Source: Octopus sinensis | Lineage: Eukaryota | Direction: 5' to 3' | Assembly: GCF_006345805.1 (NCBI RefSeq) | Contig: NC_043002.1 | Location: 77,872,001-77,936,000 of the forward strand | Length of the DNA stretch: 64,000 nt | Shown: positions 24,451 through 38,960 of the stretch, in pieces | Layout: each line of letters begins with the position of its first letter | Position numbering within the stretch: the first letter of the stretch is position 1 | The notes under the pieces: generated by a model | The model's input: only the letters and a program-made list of their open reading frames with translations | Database searches by the model: none | Told to the model about the DNA's origin: nothing | Position numbers and translations under genes: made by a program

Positions 24451-24825
24451 TTCAATTCCACCAAGGTCAACTTTGCCTTTCAGCTGTCATGGGTTGATGA
24501 AATATGATACCAGTTAAGAACTGCTGTTTGACAAAATTGTCTTATGCTTCCTCTTGAAATTGCATGCTTTGTGCCTAAATCAGAAACAATTATTACTTTA
24601 TTTATTAAGGTGGTGAACTAGTTGAATCATTCGTGTGTCAGAAAATGCTTAGTGGCATTTCTTCTGACTCTTTACATTCTGAGTTCAAATCCCAGTGAGG
24701 TCGACTTTGACTTTCACCCTTTCAGAGTTAATAAAAATCAAGTTCCAGTCAAGTACTGCAGGTGATGCAATCAACTTAACCTTTCCTCTAAATTAACTGG
24801 CCTTGTGCCGAAATTTGAAACTATT
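24451..24825 (+). mobile_element. Two tandem family B SINE copies (first 5' truncated)
   Basis: The core AGGTC(A/G)ACTTTG(C/A)CTTTCA occurs twice (~24464, ~24698). Head AAGGTGGTGAACTAG at ~24607. Confidence 0.75.
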
Positions 24826-27332
24826 TTTATTACTATCATTATTGAAATAGCAATCACACCATAATATAACTGCTTTAAGTGATTATGTAAAATCTTTGAA
24901 GATGTACATTGTTCAGTTAATGTCACCAATGCTCCTAATCTTTTTATATAATCTAAACTGTCTGTGGAAACTGATAACTTTTGACAAATCTGAAGACAGT
25001 TTGTTAGAATTTTTCCGTGAAGCCTGAAATTGGAAGTTCTTAAACATTCTGTTGCTCAAGAATCAAGCATTGAAGTATAAAAATAAAACTGATAACTCTA
25101 ATTGAATTAAGTCAACTTACAACTTTCAATGGTTCTGCTTATCTTGTTCTAGTTTACCATTATAGGAATTGGAAGATTGTGTTATTTTCGTCAAAACTGT
25201 GTTTCTGTTTTCATTTTTGACCCATCACTTTTGAATTGCTACGGTTCTACCATCCAAACTAATATTTATATGCATTAGATTTTATAACTTTTTATGCTGA
25301 AATATTATTAAAAGAACAAACAGTTAACTTTTTTTTTTTTTTTCCTTTTAATCTTTTCTTAACTAAATGGTGTTGTTAGTCGTTCCTGAAACTAGAACAA
25401 ATAATTCAGATTACACATTTATCTGCTAACTGCAGTGTAATATATTCTTGTCTACTATTCAGATTTATTTAAGAAATATTAACTTTTTGTTTTATTTTTT
25501 TCTTGATTCCTGTTGAGTTTCTACTACATTTACTACTGAAACAGATGGAATTGATAATTCTGGAACATGCCTAAACTTTTTAACCCAACCATATAATACA
25601 TCACAAGAGCTCTTACTCTTTAGTCAGTGAACAACATGTTACTCTTGTTCCAATTTATCTTTCATAACATTACATAGAAGAGAATTTAAATCTGGCCTTT
25701 TCAAATATCAACAGAATTAAAAACAGTTATCCAATTCAGAAAATGTGTCTTTTAGTACCTTACTGTTGACATTTTACAACAATTTGATAATTAAATTTGA
25801 GTTGGGTTTGCTGCAACAACTGCACAGCAATTTTCAGTTGACATATTTTTTTTAAAACAACATTTCAAGAATAGATGTATTTCCATTCCATTATAGAAAT
25901 CTTCTGAGTGTATTAATTTTCTTGATTTTAATTAAATATCTTAAATAGAGGTTTTAACTTATTTGACATTTAATTTGATTATCTAATTTGGATTTGCAAT
26001 TGCGTAATAATTATTTGGCTCCCTGGTATAATATAAAAGATAATATATACTATATAAAAATAAAACAAAAGTGAAATAATATGAAGCTAGGTTAATGCTT
26101 GTGTAAATAATGGAGAAACTAATGTTAATCCTAGCCAATTTACTGTTAGTTTTTATTTAATTCCTACTTTTACTAGTTTACACATCTCTTCTTGTCAAAA
26201 GTATGTTTAAATAGAGAAGTTTACTATAAGAAAAACATTTGTTTATTTACTCTGTACTATAAAATCATTGTTAGATCATGCTGATATAATCCATTCCCTC
26301 AGTGAGTCATTCAGAAAAAAAATTTTATTTAGGTTTCATTTAAGTTCAGCCTACCAGAGTAAATATTTGCAATCATAAATATTATGTTTTTACTTTGATC
26401 TCCAGTTTTTTTGGGGGGTGGGGGATAACTACAATATGTCACAGATTGCACACTAAATAGTTGCTGTTGTAAGTACTAAAGTATCCCGTGAAATCAGGTC
26501 TGCAGTAACTTTGGCCTACATAGAATTAAAATTTTTCAAAAAATGACTTATATCTAGGGTTAAATGGCTGTCTCTGGAATAATGTATAGAATTTAACTGT
26601 GGTTCTTCATTATTTTGGCTTCTCTTTATAACCAGTTGGCTACTTTGTCATGGTGAATAAGTATTAGATAACATTAGCCAGGAGTAATCATTCTTCTATA
26701 TAATCTGTTTCTGTTAGCACTCTACCATTCCATCTGATAGATAGCAGAATGGTGAAACCTACAATTGGCATTACAATTAAGCATTCCCCCCCCCCCCCAT
26801 TTTTAATCAGTTTCTCTAGAAATTTAATGCTATGATTTAATGAGATTTGTTCCTTGAATCTTAGTTTATTCCTTAATATGTTTCTTTGATAGTTATCAGT
26901 CTTGTTAACTGCCAAACACTGCATTGATTTGATGGACAGTAGAATCCTATAGGGTTAATGTACAATAGGCATGTCAAACAGATAAGCAATATGTCAACAG
27001 TTAAAATGAATATATATATATATAAATGCTATATAAAGGGCTTCCATTTTCAATTTGAATATCTTCCTTTTCTGTGTATAATTAATCAATATCTGTTACA
27101 GACATTTTGCAGACTGCAGCTTCTTTTAGAGTCAAAGATGTTTTCACGATTATAGATTTTTGTCGTTTTAAACCAAGCATTTTTGGAGACTATTTGGATT
27201 TTGCAAGTATGATGGTATAGCTAGATAATGTTACTTTACTGAAACTAATATGAATACCTTACATTTAATAATCAATCTATACTGTTTTATATCACCATGT
27301 TTATCTTGCTTCTTTTTGTCTTTCTTTTTCAG

Positions 27333-27371
27333 TTCTCTGTTCTAAGAACCTAGCTAAAAAAGATTTCTTTA
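27333..27371 (+). CDS. Smurf: Smurf E3 ubiquitin ligase, internal coding exon (39 nt, start of C2 domain)
   Basis: Long polypyrimidine tract then AG at 27331-27332, and donor GTAAGT at 27372. Reads (V)LCSKNLAKKDFF(R), matching the SMURF N-terminal motif VLCAKNLxKKDFFR. Phase 1/1 fits the next exon. Confidence 0.95.
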
Positions 27372-30172
27372 GTAAGTATTTTCTTTTTCTTTCCTATTTA
27401 TCTCTCTCTGTCTCTCTCATACACACACAAGTGAAGAAATATTTCTATTGATTTTGGTTTTATATAATTTGGTTTACAATTTGTTTCTTATTAGCTATTT
27501 TCGGACACCAACATCATAAAAGTGCAAATGAATTGAAACTTCAGTTTTCCCCTCTTTAGAGAAAAATTTTTTTAATCTATTTGACAACAAGTATTATCCT
27601 CATATTTATATGATTATTGAACTGGAAAGTTGCAATGTTTATGGCTTTCCCAGATTTCTATGGGAAATTTCACTTTATTCTGATCTATTTTACTTCAGTC
27701 TGAGAAAGGTGAAAATATGTTAGCAATTATACCTTGGAAGAGCTATTTAACCATCATTTAAAAAGAAGAGAAAATTTACTTTCCATCTATTTCTAGAAAA
27801 GACAAAAATTTTGTTGCACTACTCTGACCTCTCTGGCACTGCCATTGCAAGTATCCAAGACAGTTCTAGATATATTTTGGTCTTCTTAGACGTTCCTCAT
27901 GCAATGACTTCACTGTACTTGCTGAAGTAAGTGATAAGACACTGCTTAATCTTAGTAATCTGAGGGAAATTTGTGTTCATTATATGACCTTCAGTAAACT
28001 GATAAAATTGTTGTATATTCAATTGTTTGTTTATATCCATTTTGTTTCCATGCTGGCATGGGTTAGATGAATATATTATTGAAACTTGTGCCCTTCCTGT
28101 TGCTAACTCTTATCTTTTTTTTTTTTTTTTAAGTATGAGATCTCTTATTCCCTACATCTTAGGTACAGAGATAGTGAATGAGCTGTTTGATCAGACAAAG
28201 TCAGTTTGTAACTTATTTTCAGACGAAAGCATATGTAAAACATACTGATATGCATACCACACGCATGTGTGTGTATGTGTGTATATATGCTATAGATTAC
28301 ATGTACCAAATCCATTCACAAAATTTTGATAAGCCCAGGATTATTATAGTAAAGCCCTTCTGGCCAAAGTACCTTACATTGAAACTGAACCTGAAACCAC
28401 ATGTTTAGGAAGCAAACTTCTTAACCATACAGTCATACCTGTACCTACTATATACATATATATGTAGATATAAACAGATCATGAATATGTTGAATGCTTG
28501 CATATACGTAAAAATATTTATGAAAAAAAAAATGAACAATGAGGTTCCATTGTGCTCAGCCACTGTTTTAGGGTCACATCAGCAAATGTTCAGTTGGTTA
28601 CATGTATGTATTTAATGCTCATATAAAGAATTCCTTTGATGAGATGGACAAAAAAATGGGTAGGGGGAGTATAAGCTATGAGATTCAGTCCTACTTTCAA
28701 AAGTAAATACCAATGTTGAAATGTGACTATAAAACACTTAGATACCAATACAACAGACATAATGTTATCTTCTGTAGTTATGGTTCCAAATTGTTTTTAC
28801 TTGCAGTACACTTCAGAAGAAATAAAAATACTTCACTGCACTCTAGAGCAAATAAAAAATATATCAGAGCACTTTGTACAAAGAGTTAAGAGAAAATTTA
28901 TTTATTCTAGCCTATATATAAACTATTTAAACCATGCAAAATTATTAAGCACTTCTTAGGATAAAAAAGTGAGTGTATTTATTTATGTATTTATGCATGC
29001 TGTGTTGTGGCCAATTGTTTTGCACATATGTATTTGAAATTTTTCTTAGGAGTTCATCTTTGCAATGAGAAAGTCATGAGCTGTGTGACTTTTAGGTTCT
29101 GTATTTGTAAATTTAGCCACATAAAAAGTACCCAGTACTCTCTGTAAAATGTTTGGCATTAAGCAAGGGTATCCACCCATAGAAACCACGTCAAAACATA
29201 ATTGGGGCCTGGTGCAGCTCTCTGGCTGGCCGGCTCCTGTGAAACCATCCAACCCATGCCAGAATAGAGAATGGACATTAACTGATGATGACTATAAACC
29301 ATCTTCTGAAGTGCCTGGATGCAACACAGTTTTGAGTGAATCAGCAATCCCAGATCAATGGAAAGATTTTCAACACCTTTGTAAACAAGTTATCCAAGAT
29401 ATATAATTGTTAGAACTTAGGACAAAATACTTTGCAGTGTTTAGTTACATAAAGCTCTTTACAGTTTTGTGTTGAAATACTGTCAATGTCAACTTTTTCT
29501 TTCATTTCTTAGCATTAAGAATGGAAGGCTGAATTCAGATGGATTTAGGCATGGCTATGTGATTAAGTTCACTTCACAGTAATGATTCTGAGTTCAATCC
29601 CCCTATTCAGTACCTTGGGTAAGTGTCTTCTAGCATAGTCCCGGGCTGATCAATAGATTTGCAAGTGGAGTTTACAAGAGGGGAATCTGCAGAAGCCAAT
29701 GGTGTAAATGTGCCTTTCAGTGAAGGACAAAACATAGTTGATAATCCCCCATCACCACCCTAATAAAATGCAGTGCTCTGAAGCCTTTTGAAATAGTTAC
29801 AGGCACTACTGTTTCAAAAAACACTCAGAAATACATTGAACTGTGATTGGTTCGTTGGAAGTCTATAACCAACAGTACTATTGCTTCCAAATTGCAATGT
29901 GTGTGTGTGTGGGGGGTACTCACACACATTTACATTCACACAAACAAATAAATCACTTTAGGGAGCTAGTGAACAAAGTATACCAGTCGTGTACTGTTTG
30001 ATTCAATTGGCTTCATCCTTTCTCTACAAATCTGCGACCTACATCACTTCCCTACAAGAATGTTGTGGCCTATATATCTTTCTTATGAATTTTGTGTCTC
30101 AGTATCAAAGCTAGATATCTTTGTGTTATTTCAACATATTAGTAGCAATCTTTCTTTCTTTTTCTTCCACAG
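27372..30172 (+). other. Smurf: Smurf intron (2801 bp, GT-AG, phase 1)
   Basis: Defined by the flanking exons and canonical splice sites. Confidence 0.93.
29105..29293 (+). mobile_element. RTE-type 3' tail fragment
   Basis: ...CCATCCAACCCATGCCAGAATAGAGAATGGACATTAACTGATGATG. Homologous to minus copies at 42439, 36358 and 35645. Confidence 0.7.
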
Positions 30173-30281
30173 GGTTACCAGATCCTTTTGCCAAAATAAG
30201 TGTTGATGGTTCAGGGCAGTGCCACTCAACAGAACCTTGTAAAAATACTCTTGATCCTAAGTGGAATCAACATTATGACTT
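30173..30281 (+). CDS. Smurf: Smurf E3 ubiquitin ligase, internal coding exon (109 nt, C2 domain)
   Basis: Acceptor tttctttctttttcttccacAG and donor GTAAGC at 30282. Reads (R)LPDPFAKISVDGSGQCHSTEPCKNTLDPKWNQHYD(L), near-identical to SMURF1/2 RLPDPFAKxxVDGSGQCHSTDxxKNTLDPKWNQHYDL. Confidence 0.97.
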
Positions 30282-32478
30282 GTAAGCATATGCATGTATT
30301 TATTACATTCAATTTTCTCCCCAAATCTACCCCTGCTCTCACAATGAACTTAAGTTGCCCACCCCCTCCTTTTTTTTTTTTTTTTTTTTTTTACTCTCCT
30401 CTGAATCCAATCTGCCCCTAACCTAAATAAGCTTCCTATTGAAGTATTACATTATACTTCAGGTATTTACTGTTAAAACTGGGTCATTGTTCTTGTCCTC
30501 TATAAGTAACTTTAATCCTCCTGTTGACCTAAATTACCTTCTGCCTAATACTATACAGATAACCCCTTTTTAAGCCTGCTGCATTAATTATTAGAATTAT
30601 CAGATTTCTGTTCAAAACAAATAAAATATAAAGGGGAAAAAAGCGAAGTTTTTCATGACTTGCTTTTGGTAATGAGGACGGTGATAAAACATTAGAGGTA
30701 TTTGATGGTTAGGCCACTAATTTAAATTTATTAACAGTTTATGTCTAATCCTATTTCAGTGGAGGAGAAAAATACATGAAATTACATCTTGAAAGTTTTT
30801 TTTCAATATTTCTTTTCATATATATTTTATCAGTTACTTGGACTTATAAAACTTTCTTATGAACTACAGAGAAGCCAAGCAAAAGTTAAAAAGAAAGTAA
30901 TATATATGAAAAATAAAAGGAAAAAAAAATCAACGGTTTCAAAAACATTTGTATAGATGTTACTATGTTTTTACTTTTAGAATAATATTTTAAAAACAAA
31001 AAACAAATATTGTTAGGTTTGTTATGTATTTTTGCTTGTTTCTTTATCTCCCCCCCCCCATTTCAATATTATTTTCAGTTTTGATTTCTTATAACTTTTC
31101 TTTATAGACACCTGAGTAGCTTTTATATTTTGCCTCTCTCTCTCTCTCCCCCCCCCCCTGTCGCCACCACCATGGAAATAATATATTCACTCTCACACTG
31201 AACAAAGAGTTTTAGTGTACTAACTGCTGCAACTATGCCATTGGTTTGAGCCAACCCCTAAAGTTACATAGGCACACATACTAGAACCATTGTCAACAAA
31301 ATTTTAAGGTCAACAGGTTCTTTTTTCCCTATAACAGTTTTCATTGAGAAATTTAACTCTTAAAGTTTGGAGTGTGTAGATGTTTAATTTATGTTTTTTA
31401 AATTTTTTTATTTTCTTATATATGTTCATTTTCATTCATCAGATGCAATAAACAAGCTTAGTCACTCTAGAATGATCATTTGTAATATTATTTAAACAAG
31501 AGTAAAGGTTAATCTTATCAAAATTAATCCAATGCAGCTTCATTCATTATACTATTAAACTCCTTTGTTCCTTCAGATCAACTTGGCATTAAAAAAAAGA
31601 AAAAAAGAAAAGTATATATTCATCATTGCTAGTTTTTAGAGTTGGGTGTAAGACATTTACTCTGAATATTCACACTAACATCTGAATTTATGTAGCCATC
31701 TTAACTATACTAGCAAGAAAACTAATATAAGTTTAGTATTATATGTGCAATACACTTTTACTTTGAATTTAGCAGATGGCATGTATTTTATAAAATGTTT
31801 AGGTTTCCATTATCATAGTGTTAAGTATACCTTCTTCCAGTTATAATATGGCAGAAGAAAATACCTTCAAGGATCACATATAATAGGGTCCTGCTCATAT
31901 TTGTAATATGAGCTGAAAATATTCACTCATCTATGATTATCCTTGCAATTAATAAACAAAACTCTCTCAGGGAAGTGTTTAACCTCTAAAAAAAAAATAA
32001 AGGAGAACAAACACAGAAGATAACTCTAATGAAATCATTCAAATTATTTTTTTGATAAATATCATAATCAGGTCGATGTGATTGTTTAGTACCAAAGATA
32101 CTCTACTAGTAAACATTGAAGAGAACTTTGCTTTATTTTTATATATATATAAAAATAGTTTTGTGTGTGCATGTATTTGCTTTGGCTTGGGTCCTCACCT
32201 CATGATAGAATCATAGGAGTGCCATCATGACATGATGTGTGTATGACATTTTTAAGCTTGGAGGAGTCTGTCCCTCTCTGGGTTGGATGACAGCTAATTT
32301 CTTCCAGAAAGTGAGGTAAAGAAGAGAATCTACCCTAAAGCAGGAATGGTATATAATTTATCAACCCAGAAATGATGAATTGCCAACTGCAGAGAGCTGG
32401 GTTGATTACCATAAAGCAATCTATCCAGTGCTCTGTTCCTGTCAATTGTCAGCTTGTGCGTGTATATTTATCCAGAGT

Positions 32479-32811
32479 GAAGGCACATGGCCTAAATGGT
32501 TAGGGTATTCAGCTCACATTCATATGGTTGTGAGTTTGATTCCCAGTGACGCATTGTGTACTTGAGCAAGACATTTTATTTCACACTGCTCCAGTTCACT
32601 CAGCTGATGAAAATGAGTTGTACCTGTAATTCAAAGAACCAGCCTTGTCACACCATGCTGAATCTCCCTTAGGACTATGTTAAGGGTACACATATCTGTG
32701 GAGTGCTCAGCCACTTGCATGTTAATTTCACAAGCAGGCTGTTGTTATGTTGATTGGATCAACTGGAACCTTTGTTGTCATAACCAACAGAGTGCCAGTT
32801 TTTTTAGTTTG
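32479..32811 (+). mobile_element. Family C SINE, full length
   Basis: 13-bp TSD atttatccagagt at 32466-32478 and 32812-32824, with A/B boxes. Confidence 0.88.
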
Positions 32812-32919
32812 ATTTATCCAGAGTTAAGCTTAAGTTTAAGACCTTGGTGACACCTTGTTCATTAGCAACAAAAAGCAACATTTAAAATTCTCATAATATA
32901 CACTCTGAAATTATTGTTA

Positions 32920-33136
32920 AAGTGAATGTTTCCAACTCGAGCCATGCCAGGTTCATGAGGGCCAGTTTTCCAGTTTCCATATATTCCTCACCTGGACAGG
33001 GCGCCAGTCCATCACAGGATTACTCATTTTTGCCAGCTGAGTGAGCTAAAGTAACACAAAATGAAGTGTTTTGCTCAAGAACACAACACATTGCGATCAC
33101 AAGTCCAACACCCTAACCACTAGGCCACGAGCTTCC
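32920..33136 (-). mobile_element. Family C SINE with alternative 3' part
   Basis: Minus-strand head TGGCCTAGTGGTTAGGGTG and core TGTTCTTGAGCAAAACACTTCA. The 3' part is shared with 60387-60632. Confidence 0.75.
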
Positions 33137-36100
33137 ATTGTTAATGCAGCCTTCACAAAATGGAAATGTAACAATTCAGAATGTGTATGTGAATTCCTAA
33201 TACTGAATTCAACATTTGAAGTTCTAAATTTATGCAGGAACTTTTTTATACACTTTAACTAAATTTGATATTCCATATTATACAATTTTATTATGCACAT
33301 TCATAAAAAGCTTTACGAAAGTACATCTTGATGTATTTTGAGAAATATGTTATGAATATGCCTGTGTTCATTTTATTTCCATTTTTTTTTTTTTATACTA
33401 GCACAGTTTAGACATGTATTATTGAGGCATTCTTTTACAGCTAGATACCCTTTTTGTTGCTAATCCTTACTTGCTTTTCCAGCAAGTAATATCATATTTT
33501 ATACATCTTTAACAGTGCAAGTTGAGCAGGTGATTTGTTGGCATACATGGCAACAACAACTCACAGTGAACAGCTTCATTAAGCACAAATGTAAGCAAAC
33601 ACAGATATGCTGACACATACACACAACAGGTTTTTTGTCAGTCTCCACATACTAAATTTCAATCACAAGGCTTTGGTCAATCCAAGGCAATTGTAGAAGA
33701 CACTTGCCCAGGGTACTGGGCTGTGAGATTGAGCCCCAAAACCATTTGGTTGAGAAATGAACTTAACATAGCCATATCTGTGGGAAGAGGGTATTTTCTG
33801 TAATAGTGGGCAGCCAGTTTTTGGTATATGTATAAGCTTTTAAAGACCAGTTGACTTAGAACAGAAGGTAGTAAGCCAAAATAGGTGTTTTAGGATGATA
33901 TCTATATTTGTGTCTTATCACATAATGGCTGGAACTCAGTCTCATGTACTTGCCAAAGAAAATTCTTTTTCTGATACACAATCTGGCTTCCATGGTGAAG
34001 AGTAAATGTAGTTTTAGGTGTTTCATTATTAATTTACATCCAGTCTAAAGCAAAATTGTATTGAACTTTTTTCTTTAAGATTCTTAATCAAAGAGTTACC
34101 TTTTAACTATCTGTTTTTTTTTATTGTGCAGTGGTTCTGAGACTGTCAAATCTCAGTTGTCACCAAAACCCTACTCCTCCACAAATCAGGATTTTTGCCC
34201 ACCACCTGTTTATTAATGAGAGAACAAAATATAGTTGGCATCCATATAATTCTGTCTTGTGTTGTTGGACAGGTTTTAAAAGTTTAAGACTATCTTAGTT
34301 TTATTAAGTATGACAAAATGTCTACCTCTTTATCAATCAACAGTGCCATAGTCTTGTCATATCTGCTTTGTCACTCGCTCACAACACCTCCATGACAACA
34401 AACACTTTTCCAATCGTTCCTCCCCTGGGATTTCAAACTGAACATTAACTACATTGATCAAACATCTCCAATATAAGAGATAAAAATGCAACTCAGACTG
34501 GTATTCAAAAAAATGACTTTCAATTTGTTGATGAAACATGTTACAAATACATTGATTCTGATTGGTTAAATCTGGTGCAGTTAATTAATAGAAATTATTA
34601 TTTGTATATTTTTAAAATTTTATTTAAAAGAAATTAAATATTTTAATAATTGCTGCCAGAAGAAAGACTGGGTTTATATTTTTTACAAGTTTCTCTAATT
34701 ATCAGTTTTCACTTTTTTTCATCTCCTTTTTTTTAAATCAAAATATATCTGTAAAATATAAAATATCACATGAAATATTTTATCATAGCCTGTCATCTAT
34801 CACTTAGTTTTTGTGATAATTATAATGATAATTCTCTAGACTAGTTGCATGGTAAAAAAACAGCTGAATCTATGACTAGATTGATGCTCTAGAAATGAAA
34901 CTGTATGAATGAGTTTGAGTGTATTATCACAAGTATTTTCACATAATGTTATGAAAGTGAGATTGACAAATTGAAGAGAACATTGAATTGACTGCTGTTC
35001 AGCTTAGAACTGTCCAGTGACCTACAATGAAAATTAACTGAGAGTAACTTGGCTTGCAAAAACATAAAATTGGCAGAACTGTAGGGAAGAAGCCTTGCCA
35101 AAATAATGATAATAATAATAAAGACTAAGCAAAATTAACATGGGGTAATTGTCTGTAATTATTGCTTTTGGCAACTTCAGTGACCTAATATTCCTTCAAA
35201 AATGAATATCTATTCAGAAGCACCGACTATTTCAGTTTCCCATCAATTTTGGGTTCTACACAAATTTCAGTCTTATTCTGTAGTTATATTAATGAATTCT
35301 TCTGTTGGCTCGAGGCCAGCACAAATTTGCAGTAACAGAGAGGGGGTGGTTGAATGCATCAATTCCAGTATGTTACTGATATTATTCTTTCTTTATTGGG
35401 TGCCAGAGGAATGAAACGTAAATGAAACCCAGTAGGATTTGAACGTAGAACATAGAAGGGACCTAACTGAACATGGCAAAACATTTAGTCTAATACTCTG
35501 CTGTTTCAGTCTATCTATAGTCTTTGTTATATTAACACATACATTATATATAGCCTTATTTACAAATATTGTATATATTTGTTGTGGATGCTTGGTAAGA
35601 AATTTTGCATCCTAACCACATGTGTGGTACCTTGAGCAAGTTGTCATCATTATACATTTGTTCTCCATGCTGGCGTGGGTTAGCTGGTTTAACAGGAGTC
35701 AGCCAACTGGAGAACTGCCTGGGTTCGATTTGTTTTGGCATAGTTTCTTTGGCTGGATTCTCTTCTTAATGCCAACCACTTTACAGAGAGTTTACTAGGC
35801 GCTTTTACATGGTACTAGCACCCACAAGCCTGTAAGTCTAGGATCTCTCAGCTGAGAGAGGGATATAGAGGACATGACTATACATAGACAGCCAAGTTTA
35901 CAGACATAGTACAGATCAGTAATTAAATTAATCTTTATAGACACAATTATTGGCTAAATTGTACCTGTAATCGAAAGGCCCACCTTTGTTACATGCTGTG
36001 TCTTATGGACGACTTGATTATTTTAACCCTTCAACTGTGAAATTAAGTTTCATGGTTATTCTAATGATGATGTTAAATATCTACCAAAAAATAGAATTGG

Positions 36101-36494
36101 TATATCCAGCAAATCACATTCCTTCAGTAAACTTGACATATCTCAACAAAAACAAATTGTTTCAAACATATTCCTCAACAAAAGATGTTATATAAAACTG
36201 CTTTCTGCTAATGAAATTTTGAATGGGTACATTGGTATATGTGGAGTATTCAGCTTGAATGCTAATCCAGTCAGCCTGTATTGAATTGATCAAACAACTA
36301 AAACTTAAGGCTGGACATGTTGACTGAGATCCTTAATATTTGGTTCCTATAATTCAATCATCATCATCATCTTTAACATCTGTTGTCCATGCTGGCATGG
36401 GTTGGACACTGTGACCAGAGCTGGCAAGCCAATGGGCTGCACCAGACTCCAGTCTGATTTGGCATGGTTTCTATGGCTGGATGCTTTTATGTGA

Positions 36495-36870
36495 TACAGG
36501 TGTGGATGTGTAGTAAGTAACTTGCTTCCTAACCACATGGTTCGGTGTTCAGTCCTATTGTGTGACACTTTGGGCAAGTACCTTCTGCTATAGCCATGAG
36601 CTGACCAAAGCCTTGTGAGTGGATTTGATAGGCAGAAACTGAAAGAACCCCATCATATATGTGTGTGTCTTTGTCTTGATATCATGTGATAGTTGTAAAT
36701 GATTGCCAATGTCATTCATTTCTAATATTCTTCATGTCTAACTAAGGGGAAATATTATCTTGCTTGGAAAGCAGGTGAGGAGGATGATAGGAAAGGCATC
36801 TGGCCATAGAAAAAATTTGCCTCAAACTTTGAACTATGCAAGCCTCAAAAAGTGAATGTTAAAATAAAAT
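36495..36870 (+). mobile_element. Family A SINE head with RTE-type tail
   Basis: Family A head and core at 36495-36660, then GGAAAGGCATCTGGCCATAGAAA...GAATGTTAAAAT tail. Confidence 0.75.
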
Positions 36871-37600
36871 GTCCTCTTATGAAAATATGAGAGAATTTCA
36901 GACATGTTTTAGTCTTATTATAAACTCATCTGCCAACCATAGACTTCACTGTATTTGCCAAAATGGTGCTGAGATAATCATTATGTAAATATAAAAGATT
37001 GGTCACTTGTTAGTGTCAGAAAACAATTGTTTAATGAGTAAATAGCTCAGAGATAATTATCTGCAAGAAAAACAACAGTTGTTAACTTAGTGTTAATATA
37101 TTTAATGCAGAGAATTTTAAAAAGTTAATGAGTAATCATATGTTGAGAAGCGGTGGAGACAACAATATTAGTCAATGATTAATATTTTATTTTGGAAAGT
37201 TATTCCAAATGTACTTTGCTCTTACAACTATATCAACAAAGCATAGATCACATAAAATAACATGGTAATAGATATCATTTTGCTCTGTTTCATTATTCCA
37301 AACATAAATGCAGATAGTTCATAACCAGCATTAACTTCAATTCCCAAAAGAGTATTCATGTGAGTAAGGTAGCACTGGATGTGTGATTGATTAATTATGA
37401 TAAAGATTTTTAGCATTAACACATTAGACTTAGGCTTAAGTCTGTTGTGAGCCCTAGCATTCATAATGCCAGGGCTTAACCTATTTTCCATGGAATATAA
37501 CTGAGATTAAAACTATCCACCCACCCCACCAAATGAGAAACCTGGGACTACAGTAGAAGACACTTGCACAAGGTACCACACAGTGGGATTGAACCCTAAC

Positions 37601-38396
37601 TTCCCAGACTAGTTCTGTAGCATGCCAGCAGATGGCAGCACACAATTGCATGTGCAGTGAGAGCTGACAGTGACCTTCATGAGGCAGTAAACCAAGTGAC
37701 ATTGCTGTGTTTACTTCACAAGTTGTGAAATTTGTGTTTTCGTGATCTTGTGTATGCTGTAGTCTGTGTGATTTTTGCCATGAACAGGAAGTTGGAACAA
37801 AGAGCCAACTTGGGAAGTCTGCTGCAGAGACATTGAGCATGCTTCAGCAAGCTTATGGCTATGGAGCAATGGGTCATACGCAATATTTCAAGTGGTACTG
37901 GTACTTCAAAAAAGGAAGACCTGCCACAAGCATCACCCCCCAGAAATGTGGAGAAAATTCATCAGCTTGTGCATGAGTTTTGTCAGAAGACAATCGATGA
38001 TGTTTTGAAGCATTTGAGGAAGCAACCAGATCTGTGGAGCATGAAGAACTGGTTTCTTCAGGATGACAATCTACCTTGTCACTGAGCTCTCTTCACTCAT
38101 GAGTTTCTCACCCCAAACAACATTGTATCACTTCCATATCCACTCTATTTAGCACCTGAAAACTTCCATCTCTTCCCCAAGATGAAAATGCAGCTCGAAG
38201 AACTGTCATCACTGAAAGTCCTCAAATCACTTACGGAAAACAACTTCCAAGCTGGATTCCAAAAGTGACAGGAATGCTGGGACTGCTGTATTGCTACACA
38301 GGGTGACTATTTCAAAGGAGATGATATTAAAATTTAGGTAAATAAGTTGTTTTTTATTAAAGATAACTAGTCTGGGAACTCCTTGATACCACCTCG
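37601..38396 (+). mobile_element. Mariner (Tc1/mariner) relic with internal deletions
   Basis: TIR match TTCCCAGACTAGTT (37601-37614) / AACTAGTCTGGGAA (38365-38378), right end ...ACCTCG-TA. Transposase fragments MNRKLEQRAN, GKSAAETLSMLQQAYG...YFKW...FKKGR, WFLQDDNLPCH, LAPENFHLFPKMK and CIATQGDYF. The outer part of the left TIR is lost at a junction with a SINE fragment. Confidence 0.92.
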
Positions 38397-38559
38397 TAGG
38401 TGGAATGATCTGTTTTTTTAGAGTAATTGTTTTTACAGCTGAAAACCCTCCCTTATTACTAACCACTCACTGCAAGGTAGTGGTGGAAACAGTTTTTTAA
38501 TCAGGCAAACTGGAGTAAGCATAGTTAAGTACATTGCTAAGGTACCTTTTTAAATTAAA

Positions 38560-38960
38560 TGCTAATAATTCAACTGCAGTCATTTTGCACCCAAGGCTTC
38601 CTAAAAGATCAAGTACAACATGGACTATACAACTGTCTAGGAGATCTATTCTGTACTTGAAGTGGGACTTACTTTATCACCTCATGATTTGGGTCAGCAG
38701 AAGCTGGAATAACAAACTGCTGGCTTTTGCTGATAATTTAGTCCTATAATCTTTTGTAATAACTCTTCTTTCAGTCTTATCTTTGTAATAACTTTTCTGT
38801 AATTAATCCTGAACAGTTTAATTGAAAGAAAAGTTAAACAAAACAAAAGCTTGAGCATCCAGAGATATTTAATAGTGTCATACAGCTGAGGATGATAAAT
38901 GGGGGAACAAGATATGTAGTATGATGCATGGTAATATGGGCTCCTGTCATTATACAAAAT
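38560..38960 (+). mobile_element. Decayed non-LTR reverse transcriptase fragment
   Basis: LLAFADNLVL (end of ORF 38534-38749) resembles the RT catalytic LAFADDLVL, preceded by a decayed QGxxLSP-like stretch. Confidence 0.5.

Noticed and set aside
1-27332. Smurf first coding exon (M...K[IL]RLT) and promoter
   Set aside because: No matching peptide with a donor site and no clear promoter-like region found by eye. It is probably upstream of the window, but I may have missed it.
29149-29406. 85-aa ORF as a nested gene or alternative exon
   Set aside because: The first half is an RTE-type tail repeat. The VLSESAIPDQWK stretch looks at most like a tiny LINE RT scrap.
34130-34480. Possible minus-strand LINE ORF2 remnant
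   Set aside because: Only a faint YIGD-like motif, too decayed to support.
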